From positions 20,081-84,080 of the forward strand of contig JAKVBU010000007.1 of NCBI GenBank assembly GCA_022446885.1: a stretch of 64,000 bases of DNA. Direction: 5' to 3'. Position numbers and translations under genes: made by a program. This stretch comes from Phycisphaerales bacterium. Its GTDB lineage: Bacteria; Planctomycetota; Phycisphaerae; Phycisphaerales; SM1A02. Of the stretch, positions 28,247 through 35,781 are shown piece after piece (position 1 is the stretch's first letter; the number at the start of each line of letters is the position of its first letter). Under the pieces are notes generated by a model. That model was not told where the DNA came from, made no database searches, and saw nothing but the letters and a program-made list of their open reading frames with translations.

Positions 28247-29639
28247 CGCTCTGCTCCTCGCCCGAGGTCGACATGACCAGTTGCAGCGTGAACGACAAAG
28301 CCGATGAAGTCGTCCAGACCGCGGCCAGTTGGTGGTCTTCCCGGACCCGTGCCCACGCTGTTGCATTGGCGTCGCGGTTCACCTTGAAGTACACCCGACC
28401 CGGCCGCGAGGGCAAGGCCAGCGGTGGGAATCGATCTTCCTCGAGTGGCAGACCTCGCACACGACCCCCGGCCATCGAGCCCGGCAGCAGCTTGAAGCGG
28501 TCTGAGTCGGTGATGAGCTTGACCAGCTCTATCGTGTCTACGCCGCTCTGGGCATCCACCGCCAGATAGAAATCTGTGGCCTGTACGAAGTGCCGGTCTT
28601 CCAGCGTGACATCCATACGGGTGTCGGAGCCTTCGGTTGAGGTGGCCGTGAAGTCGACCGCCAGATAGGAGCCCTGCCCGGCATCGAACACGAGATTACG
28701 GATTCGCAGCGAAAGTTCACTGAGGGCGGGAAGGCAGTCGCGGTGGTCGTACTCGTCGATCAAGAACAGATCGCGCATCGGTCGTAGAGGCGCCAATTCA
28801 CCCAGCACCTCACGCAGCCGGTGATAGAACTCGTGCGGCGTGATCGCCGAAAGCGCCCGCGTGTCTTCCAACATCGGAAGGACACGACTGATGGCCTGCA
28901 GCCGAAGCATCCACTCGACCTGCCGCCCCATCAATCGCTCGGTGTTATAGCCCCCGCGACCGAGAAAGCCCAGATGCTCTTCGCGAGACGTGGCCAGTCT
29001 CGCTGCCAATTCACCGGCCAGCGCCATGATCGCATCGCTCCCGCCACATGTAAGTGCGGGCGCTGTGTAGCGTCCATCCAGCCCGACCTGGAACTGATCG
29101 CTCGTCCCCTCGGGCAGGATGCGCAGCAGAGGCAGTACTTCGAAGCCATTGGGAACGGCATCTTCGAGTACGAGTTGTGCGTTGACTCGCCTCACCGGAA
29201 TGTCCTCCGGATCGGTTCCGTCGTTCTCGTCGCGAATGTCGCTGGTGGCAACGTTCCAGCGGCTGGCTTGATCCTGTGCCCCCTCCGGCGAGACGTTCTT
29301 GCCGGTGGGCGTCCAACTGGGTACGGCAAGCATGACCCGCACCCCTTGCGTGGCCGTTCGCATGGTGTCGGCCACCCGCAGAGGTTCCAGATCGGCGTCG
29401 TCGGGTGCGTCGATTACTAGGCCACTGGGCATGATGACTCGCAGGGTTCTGAATGAGATCAGTCCTTCTCGGAGCGCATCCGAGAGCAGGTCCATCTCGA
29501 TGACGCCCCACGGGAAAGCCATCCCCACTGAGCGAGAGAGTGCGTCACCGGCACGCATGGAACGCTGCATCGTCTGCAGGTGATGCTGCAGCACGAAGAG
29601 CCCGTCATGCCAGTGAATATCCTGTCCCTGCAGTCCCAC
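28239..29639 (-). CDS. tssK: T6SS baseplate protein TssK
   Basis: 466 aa. IHWHDGLFVLQHHLQTMQRS and GVIEMDL are the typical ImpJ/VasE N-terminus. Confidence 0.92.
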   Translation of the reverse strand: MGLQGQDIHWHDGLFVLQHHLQTMQRSMRAGDALSRSVGMAFPWGVIEMDLLSDALREGLISFRTLRVIMPSGLVIDAPDDADLEPLRVADTMRTATQGVRVMLAVPSWTPTGKNVSPEGAQDQASRWNVATSDIRDENDGTDPEDIPVRRVNAQLVLEDAVPNGFEVLPLLRILPEGTSDQFQVGLDGRYTAPALTCGGSDAIMALAGELAARLATSREEHLGFLGRGGYNTERLMGRQVEWMLRLQAISRVLPMLEDTRALSAITPHEFYHRLREVLGELAPLRPMRDLFLIDEYDHRDCLPALSELSLRIRNLVFDAGQGSYLAVDFTATSTEGSDTRMDVTLEDRHFVQATDFYLAVDAQSGVDTIELVKLITDSDRFKLLPGSMAGGRVRGLPLEEDRFPPLALPSRPGRVYFKVNRDANATAWARVREDHQLAAVWTTSSALSFTLQLVMSTSGEEQSDA

Positions 29640-29659
29640 GGTTGTGTCCTTTGGTGTGC

Positions 29660-30298
29660 TCAGCTTGCGGCCGGCGGCACAGCACCTTTCATGTTGACGG
29701 GGGTGACGAGCCGCAGGCCATTTGGAGTCATGTCAACCTGGACCGTATTAGTGAACATGCCATAGGCCTCCTGGGTCCAGGGAATAATGAGCCGGCGGGG
29801 GTCATCCTTGGCTTCGTAGTAGTGAACGCCCGGGGGCGGAGGTCCCCTTTCGGTTGGTGGCCGCGGCCGCCATGCACCTGGGAGATTGGCGATGAGAACG
29901 AGCGATGTGGCCCCCCCGCTCTTCCAGGCGCTGCGTTGGGCGGTCCAACTGCCAACCTGAAACGGCCCCGGAGTGGAGGTCGTCATGAGATAGGTGGCTC
30001 GCGGTGCATTCGCCCGGAATGAATTGCCCGGCGTCCAATAGTTGTCTATGGGGTAGGCCTTCCATCGCTGCTGTTCGATGGCATTGACGCCGATGACATC
30101 CAGTTCGATGGTGGGCAGCAGCCCCGTAGGTTCCTTGAATCCCGTCGATGGCGTGATGTTGATGGTGCCGCCGAACGGGGTGGGGCCACAGCCGGTCATG
30201 ATGAAGGTCAAAACAACAAGCGCACCAAGCCACCGACCTGTTCGGTGGCCCTGTATCGCCAGAGGGCGTTCTGCTTGAATGGCCGATTCCTTCCGCAC
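29660..30298 (-). CDS. lipoprotein, candidate TssJ-equivalent
   Basis: GAGGGGA Shine-Dalgarno plus a GTG at 30298. Lipobox FIMTGC gives a mature size of ~177 aa. It occupies the slot immediately upstream of tssK-tssL-tssM, the canonical tssJKLM order. Only weak motif resemblance to SciN/TssJ. Confidence 0.5.
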   Translation of the reverse strand: MRKESAIQAERPLAIQGHRTGRWLGALVVLTFIMTGCGPTPFGGTINITPSTGFKEPTGLLPTIELDVIGVNAIEQQRWKAYPIDNYWTPGNSFRANAPRATYLMTTSTPGPFQVGSWTAQRSAWKSGGATSLVLIANLPGAWRPRPPTERGPPPPGVHYYEAKDDPRRLIIPWTQEAYGMFTNTVQVDMTPNGLRLVTPVNMKGAVPPAAS

Positions 30299-30606
30299 GC
30301 CAATCCCCTCCCTGACACGCGCAGCGCGCACACCGCGCTGCACCCGCCAAGGCGGCCAAAGCATACATCCGCCTGACGGGTCGATCGCGACGGGCCGACA
30401 ACTGGCGGGCAACATGTTCACAACCTGCCCACAGCTTGAAAGATGGCCGGCGTCACTCGCCCAACACTCGACCATTGAACCTCATGCTCTACGCGTAGCC
30501 GGTCCCAGCAGGAAGGTGGTCCACGAACTGTCGTACTTCGCGCCTATCTTTTGTGACAACAACTGATATCGGAGTATCGGTGACAGCAGCCTTGCATGGG
30601 CGGCGG

Positions 30607-30873
30607 TCATTCGCCTTCGACGATTGCCCTTAGGTGATGGGCCCCCTGCCGCTGGTGGACATCGGGCGTGCATCTGGCAGCAGGCTGGGCCAGGCCGCAC
30701 ACCTCTGCGAAGGTCATGACCCCGGCAGGCAGCACGCTGACGATGATGTTGCCCACCGTCGTCTCCAACAGCACACCCACCAAGTGCGGCATCTGGCTGG
30801 CATGGGGACTGAACGGGCCTCGCTCAGAACAGGACATACCCGCTTCAGCCATCGAGGGAATCGGGGCAGGCAC
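30607..30873 (-). CDS. possible second, degenerate PAAR-like protein
   Basis: MPHLVGVLLETTVGNIIVSVLPAGVMTFAEVCG...QPAARC aligns by eye with IPHVGGPLMPPGGIKYISGVLPVAIVGGQAICVG...MPAARI of the adjacent PAAR protein. Weak RBS and uncertain start. Confidence 0.3.
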   Translation of the reverse strand: MPAPIPSMAEAGMSCSERGPFSPHASQMPHLVGVLLETTVGNIIVSVLPAGVMTFAEVCGLAQPAARCTPDVHQRQGAHHLRAIVEGE

Positions 30874-30928
30874 ATACTGAAGCCCTGCCTGGCGAGTACT
30901 GATGCTATTGCCGCTTGAGTCTGAGGGC

Positions 30929-31201
30929 TCAACCCGTGACTGTCATGAGTCCGGCTGACGTGATCACTTTGCCGCCGTGAGCGGTTGAAGATGTGATCCG
31001 GGCCGCGGGCATCACGCCGACCATCACCTTGGCTGAACCTTGCATGATGGAATCCGGTGAACCCACGCAAATCGCCTGCCCCCCGACGATCGCCACGGGC
31101 AGAACGCCACTGATGTACTTGATGCCACCGGGTGGCATCAACGGGCCACCGACATGTGGAATAGGCGGTGCCCCGGGCGTTTGCATCGGGCACTGATGCA
31201 T
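30929..31201 (-). CDS. PAAR-domain spike-tip protein
   Basis: 90 aa. CPMQTPGAPPIPHVGGP..., ...VMVGVMPAARITSSTAHGGKVI... give a PAAR motif with flanking HxGG blocks. Confidence 0.8.
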   Translation of the reverse strand: MHQCPMQTPGAPPIPHVGGPLMPPGGIKYISGVLPVAIVGGQAICVGSPDSIMQGSAKVMVGVMPAARITSSTAHGGKVITSAGLMTVTG

Positions 31202-31371
31202 CGAACCGACTGTGGCCAGAGGAAGCGTGCTCGCGCGGCGAGTCTACATGACTACAGCTTCGGGATCGTCCACATCTCATGGCAATTGGCGGCTGTGTTT
31301 GCACTCGGGCCGATGCGCGGCATAGACTCGCATTGCTGCTCCTGTCATCGGCACAAGGAAGGAAGATCAAC

Positions 31372-32577
31372 GTGCGCACGACCACCATCACCATCAATGG
31401 TGAAACTGATTGGACGCTGCGTAGCGCGGAGATCGTCGAATCGCTCTGTACACCCGGCGCCATCACTGCCGAGGTGACCCACGAATCCGCAGTCGACCCG
31501 GCCGACCTCCTGGGCACTTGGATCTCGTTCGAGATCCCGACGCTGCTGCCCTCGCGGCCGACGCGCTGGGCTGGTGGGCTCATCACCAGATGCGAATCTG
31601 TATCCGGCACAGCCAACGGGTTAAGCGAGCGATTCTTCAAGATTCAGGCCGCCGCCCCACAGGAGATCATGACGTTGCGTCGCCAGACCCGGGAGTTCAG
31701 CGGCATGAGCGTGCTGGACATCTGCCGGGACATTCTGGGTGAGTGGGGGGAACGGGTGCCCCAGTCGCGTAGTCCACTCCTCGTGCTCGACAACGAACCG
31801 GCCGACATCCCGCTGCAGCACATTCGACAGACCGGCGAAAGCGACCTGCAGTTCGTCCAGCGACTACTGCATCAGGCCGGCGTGTTCACGATCAATAACT
31901 GCAACGGCCCCAAACTGACCGACACCGAGTTGATTCTGGGCACCATAAGTGGGGCCGCGGATGCATGGACGGACGACATGGGCCTGCAGTATCAACTGGT
32001 CACGGGTGCACCGGAACGGCAGCAGATCACCAACTGGAGACGAACGGTGAATCTCGTGCCGAGCACTCCGGTGGTGGCCACCTGGCATCCATCGGTGGCG
32101 GACAACCACCTGCCTTCAAATCCAACGGCCATGCACGCCTCACCTTCTTCGCAGGACTTCGACGGATGGGAGTTCATCGAACACCCACTGGGCGCACCTC
32201 AGGCCGGGGCCCAGATGAGCGACCTCCGCGATCAACTCTCGAAGGTTCGCGAGGCCGCCCTCCATCAGGAGCGGCACTGGCGTAACGGAGCAGCTGCGTC
32301 CACGACCATCGTGCCAGGCACGATGGTCGAGCCTAAGGACCTGCCCGATGGTGACGAAGGTCGTTTCTTTGTTACAGCGTGCCGACTCGTGGTGCTGGGC
32401 GACAGTTTCGCCGACCAGATCGATCTCGCATCTCCCGTGTGCTGCGCCTTCACCGCTCTTCCAGAAGAGGTGCCGTTCAGGCCCCCGATCCGGGATGAAC
32501 GCATGGAACCGCCCGGTCTGGAATCCACCCGTCTGGCGGCTGCGCTCGATGCGCTCCATACACAGGAGGCTGTCTGA
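31372..32577 (+). CDS. vgrG: VgrG N-terminal half (gp27-like / phage late control D-like) as a stand-alone gene
   Basis: GGAAGGAAG Shine-Dalgarno plus a GTG at 31372. Phage_GPD-like body (IRQTGESDLQFVQRLLHQAGVFT). Ends just after FTALPEEVPFRPPIR, the motif that precedes the OB-fold in fused VgrGs. Its TGA overlaps the next ATG. Confidence 0.8.
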   Translation: MRTTTITINGETDWTLRSAEIVESLCTPGAITAEVTHESAVDPADLLGTWISFEIPTLLPSRPTRWAGGLITRCESVSGTANGLSERFFKIQAAAPQEIMTLRRQTREFSGMSVLDICRDILGEWGERVPQSRSPLLVLDNEPADIPLQHIRQTGESDLQFVQRLLHQAGVFTINNCNGPKLTDTELILGTISGAADAWTDDMGLQYQLVTGAPERQQITNWRRTVNLVPSTPVVATWHPSVADNHLPSNPTAMHASPSSQDFDGWEFIEHPLGAPQAGAQMSDLRDQLSKVREAALHQERHWRNGAAASTTIVPGTMVEPKDLPDGDEGRFFVTACRLVVLGDSFADQIDLASPVCCAFTALPEEVPFRPPIRDERMEPPGLESTRLAAALDALHTQEAV

Positions 32578-34583
32578 TGTCGCGCCCTTACGCCTCCTGC
32601 ACCACCAATACGGTGTGCTCCCCCGGCATGGGGAACGGTCGGCCCGGGGGCAACCTGAATCCGGTCGCCGATCGCCCGAATCTCCGCACGGGCCGCGTGA
32701 TATCTGTGAACGTCAATGCCGGCGCCGGAAATTCGACCGCCGACTACTGGACGGTCACGATCCAACCCACCGGTACATCGGATCCAACCGCCCGCATTCA
32801 CGCCGACTGCCTGTTCACGGCAGCCTCGGATAATGCCGGTGCCAGCGGTGTGCCCCGCGTAGGCACGCAGGTGTACTTCCTGCAGATCGACCAGACCACC
32901 GTGTGCTTGGGCGCGATGTACACGAATCAGGCCCCGGCACCCTGGCCAAACGATCCTGCGCTGAACTCCCTCCGCTCGACCGGCCTTCGTATACCGGACC
33001 TCACCGAAGACGGTCAGGACGTCTCCGTCAGCACCGAGGCCAAGGGGCTCATGCAGAAGACGGGCCTTCTGGTGTCGGGCACCACCTGGTGGCCCGCGCC
33101 CGAGACTTCGGATGACGACTCTGGCGAAGACTCCAACGAGAACTTCGTTAAGAAGATCTGGTCCTCGCTGAAAGCCGACCGTGACCTTGCCTCGCCCGGT
33201 CACAAGACCGGGCTCGAGGCCATCGCTGAGTCGGGCAATCCACTCCCCTTCAATGAAGTTGGGCTGCAGAGCCGCCGCATGTCCACGGACAAGGACGGCA
33301 AGACGACCACCTCCGATTCGGGCGGCGTCAATGTGTACGGCCAGGACTTCATCTCGCAGACTACGCACGGGTCGATCGCTTCCACAGCGATCGGCAACAT
33401 CTCCACTAGTGCAGGTGGAAACGTGCACATCGAGGCGTCCAACCAGATCTCTCTGCAGGTCGGCGCAACGGGAATCACCATCACCGAAGGCGGCGTCGAG
33501 ATCTCCCAGAACTCGCTGGCGGCGGTGGGATCCAGTTCGAGTCTAAGTGTCGGCCAGACATCCATCTCGATGTTCGGCGCGTCGATCAAAGCCAGTTCGG
33601 TGTCGGGTGTCTCGCTGCAGGCCATGGGCAGTGCAATGAAGCTGTCGCCATTGAAGGCCGAACTCTGCGCGCTCAACAGCGTCAAATGTGTCTCCGGCTG
33701 GTACAACCTGAGTTTCGGAGATCTTGCCGGCGCTCTGAAGAAGAGTGCCACCGCCATGGGCAAGGACCTCCATGCCGGGAAGTCTGTTGCCGGCGACGCA
33801 CGTAAACTTTTGGATGGAACGTTAGCCGCCATCGGCCTGCCATGGAACATGGCTGGCGGAACGCCCTGGGCCGTGTCTGGCACGCTACCCACCTTGAGCG
33901 GCAACGACTCCTGGTACTCCCTCGCCATGGCGCTCAAGGACGTGCTGGTCCCGGCAGGCACCAAACTAGCCAAGGCCACCGCCAAGGGGCAGGCCTCCGG
34001 ATTCATCGCCACCGGCAACGAGGCGTACATGCTCGGCGGGTTCTATATGAAGGACCCCAAGCCAAAGCCAGGAAAGCTCGACAAACTGAAGAAGAAGGCC
34101 AAGGACGCCGTTATGTCGAAACTCGGCAAGGCACCGAAGCCAAAAGAGCCAGATCCTTTGGAGGAGGCGTCGAAGTCCGCATTCGGTGGCAAGCGGATCC
34201 TGCTGCCGGTGTGCAACGACGCCGAATCCGGCCGTTGCCTCACCCTGTCGGGTGGATCCACTGAATCAAAGGTGCAGTTGTTCTCGACGGAGATGGCCGC
34301 GTCGCTGGAATCGATGGACGCCGCTGGCGCGGAGCGATTCTCCGGCGGCCACGGTGTGCTCACCCCGTTCTTCGCCCTGGCATCCTTGATGTGGACGAAG
34401 GGCGCAGCCGCTGCGGCCATGGCGAAGAAGTACGCCTCGCGTCGAAGTGACTCGGTCGGCAACACCGACGCCACCACCGGCAATGCCATCGAGATGACTC
34501 CAATGACGACGAGAGAAACGGCAAATCGCGAAGAGATGACCGCTACCACGGAAGAGGCCGTCGCGGCGACGCTGGAGGAGTGA
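32577..34583 (+). CDS. vgrG: VgrG C-terminal half (gp5-like OB-fold and beta-helix) with a ~290-aa C-terminal extension
   Basis: AGGAGG Shine-Dalgarno 7 nt upstream. OB-fold LRTGRVISV...GVPRVGTQVYFLQIDQTTVCLGAMY. Helix repeats GNISTSAGGNVHIEASNQISLQVGATGITITEGGVEIS. Then a Lys-rich linker and a hydrophobic segment. Confidence 0.8.
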   Translation: MSRPYASCTTNTVCSPGMGNGRPGGNLNPVADRPNLRTGRVISVNVNAGAGNSTADYWTVTIQPTGTSDPTARIHADCLFTAASDNAGASGVPRVGTQVYFLQIDQTTVCLGAMYTNQAPAPWPNDPALNSLRSTGLRIPDLTEDGQDVSVSTEAKGLMQKTGLLVSGTTWWPAPETSDDDSGEDSNENFVKKIWSSLKADRDLASPGHKTGLEAIAESGNPLPFNEVGLQSRRMSTDKDGKTTTSDSGGVNVYGQDFISQTTHGSIASTAIGNISTSAGGNVHIEASNQISLQVGATGITITEGGVEISQNSLAAVGSSSSLSVGQTSISMFGASIKASSVSGVSLQAMGSAMKLSPLKAELCALNSVKCVSGWYNLSFGDLAGALKKSATAMGKDLHAGKSVAGDARKLLDGTLAAIGLPWNMAGGTPWAVSGTLPTLSGNDSWYSLAMALKDVLVPAGTKLAKATAKGQASGFIATGNEAYMLGGFYMKDPKPKPGKLDKLKKKAKDAVMSKLGKAPKPKEPDPLEEASKSAFGGKRILLPVCNDAESGRCLTLSGGSTESKVQLFSTEMAASLESMDAAGAERFSGGHGVLTPFFALASLMWTKGAAAAAMAKKYASRRSDSVGNTDATTGNAIEMTPMTTRETANREEMTATTEEAVAATLEE

Positions 34584-34584
34584 G

Positions 34585-35748
34585 ATGACCATTCCGGCAG
34601 ACCAATCCTGGGAAATTCTTGACCGGTTGACGGCGCACCTTCCGGATCCGGATTCGCCGGTGGAGATTCCGCCCATCGAGCGCCCTCTGGTTCTACTGCG
34701 TCAACCTGACGAACCACTGACGGAATTTGTCACGGCGAACAAACTCGGCATGGACTGCCTTGTTGCGGCCGAAGCGCACAACACTCCCGAAGGCGCTTTG
34801 ATGCACCTGCTGCGAGAAGGAGACCACGCGTCAGCCATCGCCCTGATGGCCGCGACACTTCCGCCGCGAGAGGGACTTTGGTGGGGCGCACGCTTCGCCT
34901 GGGACATCCGTCTGGACATCATGCGGAACTGGCAACAGCTCAAAGCCGAACAACCCCCCGCTCCACCAGCACAAACGCAGCCCCGGGCCGAGCCTCCACC
35001 CGAGGTGCCCCCCAAGCCAAAAGTGGATGAAGCGGGTGCAGCTGAGGCCGCCGCCGCCGCGATGGCGCCCCTGCATGAGGCGTTGGCCGCGTTCACGGGT
35101 GATCCCACCTTCATGGCACATGTGCAGGCCAACCCTGAAATCGCCCAGAACGCCGCAGCCATGACAACCAAGTTTCGCTCGGCGCTTGCCGCCGTCGATA
35201 CCACGCCGCCCCGACAGATCATTCCACGCCCATCAGGCCAACGCAAAGCCGCAAAGCCCCCTGAGGTGTCCCGGGACAACAAGGTGAAGAAGCTGCTCTT
35301 GAGCGAGGTCGGCTTCAAGGGCCACTCCGCGATGCGCGCACGGAGGATGTACAACCAGTCGCTGGCAATCGCGCTGCAGTGGATCACGAAACCGTGTCAG
35401 GAACATGCGGCGCTTGCGGGGACCTTCGCGAAGACCGTGCCGACCGCCGGTGTCGCCAAGGCACTCGCGCGGGCGACATTCTGGTGTGGCGAAAACGTAA
35501 ATCTGGACAATCCCACGCAGGTCGTTCCGCCGAGCCCGGCACTGCGCATCAACGGGCTGCGTGCCCTGCTCGCCGGCTGCATGGCGAAGAAGAGCGGTCT
35601 GCTCGACCGCGGGCAACGAACACGCTGGTGCATCACGCGGGGAATCGGGGTCGCCACCGGTGAGAGCAATTGGGATGATGCAATGTCTGACTTCAACGAC
35701 TACGACGCATTCGTGAAGGCCGCACTGGACCTTGAAGACACCGACTGA
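34585..35748 (+). CDS. hypothetical protein coupled to the vgrG C-half (cargo or adaptor candidate)
   Basis: GGAGGAG Shine-Dalgarno, and the ATG lies 1 nt after the vgrG stop. 387 aa with a central Pro/Ala linker (QPPAPPAQTQPRAEPPPEVPPKPK). No domain recognised. Confidence 0.65.
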   Translation: MTIPADQSWEILDRLTAHLPDPDSPVEIPPIERPLVLLRQPDEPLTEFVTANKLGMDCLVAAEAHNTPEGALMHLLREGDHASAIALMAATLPPREGLWWGARFAWDIRLDIMRNWQQLKAEQPPAPPAQTQPRAEPPPEVPPKPKVDEAGAAEAAAAAMAPLHEALAAFTGDPTFMAHVQANPEIAQNAAAMTTKFRSALAAVDTTPPRQIIPRPSGQRKAAKPPEVSRDNKVKKLLLSEVGFKGHSAMRARRMYNQSLAIALQWITKPCQEHAALAGTFAKTVPTAGVAKALARATFWCGENVNLDNPTQVVPPSPALRINGLRALLAGCMAKKSGLLDRGQRTRWCITRGIGVATGESNWDDAMSDFNDYDAFVKAALDLEDTD

Positions 35749-35781
35749 TTCAACGACTGATTCCACAAAGGAGCAACGACC

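Noticed and set aside
21296-31371. Sigma-54 (-24/-12) promoters upstream of tssB, tssA, PAAR and vgrG
   Set aside because: I scanned the three control regions by eye for TGGCAC-N5-TTGC. Only fragments with wrong spacing turned up, for example GGCAT-N11-TTGC at about 31316-31336.
30714-31640. 308-aa minus-strand ORF spanning the PAAR region and the vgrG 5' end
   Set aside because: It is out of frame with the clear PAAR gene and overlaps the vgrG N-half start. The product is Arg/Ser-rich without motifs.
32499-32579. Split vgrG as a simple sequencing frameshift
   Set aside because: I cannot fully exclude this without reads, but I rank it below a true split. ORF B has its own AGGAGG Shine-Dalgarno at ideal spacing and an ATG overlapping the upstream TGA. 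A fusion would leave a ~50-aa non-canonical insert between the RP motif and the OB-fold. It is kept as the explicit refutation test for the finding.
33069-33311. T4-lysozyme-like enzymatic domain in the gp5-like protein
   Set aside because: The insert is in the right position, but I could not find the Glu/Asp/Thr catalytic pattern or any muramidase motif. It is kept only as a low-interest positional observation.
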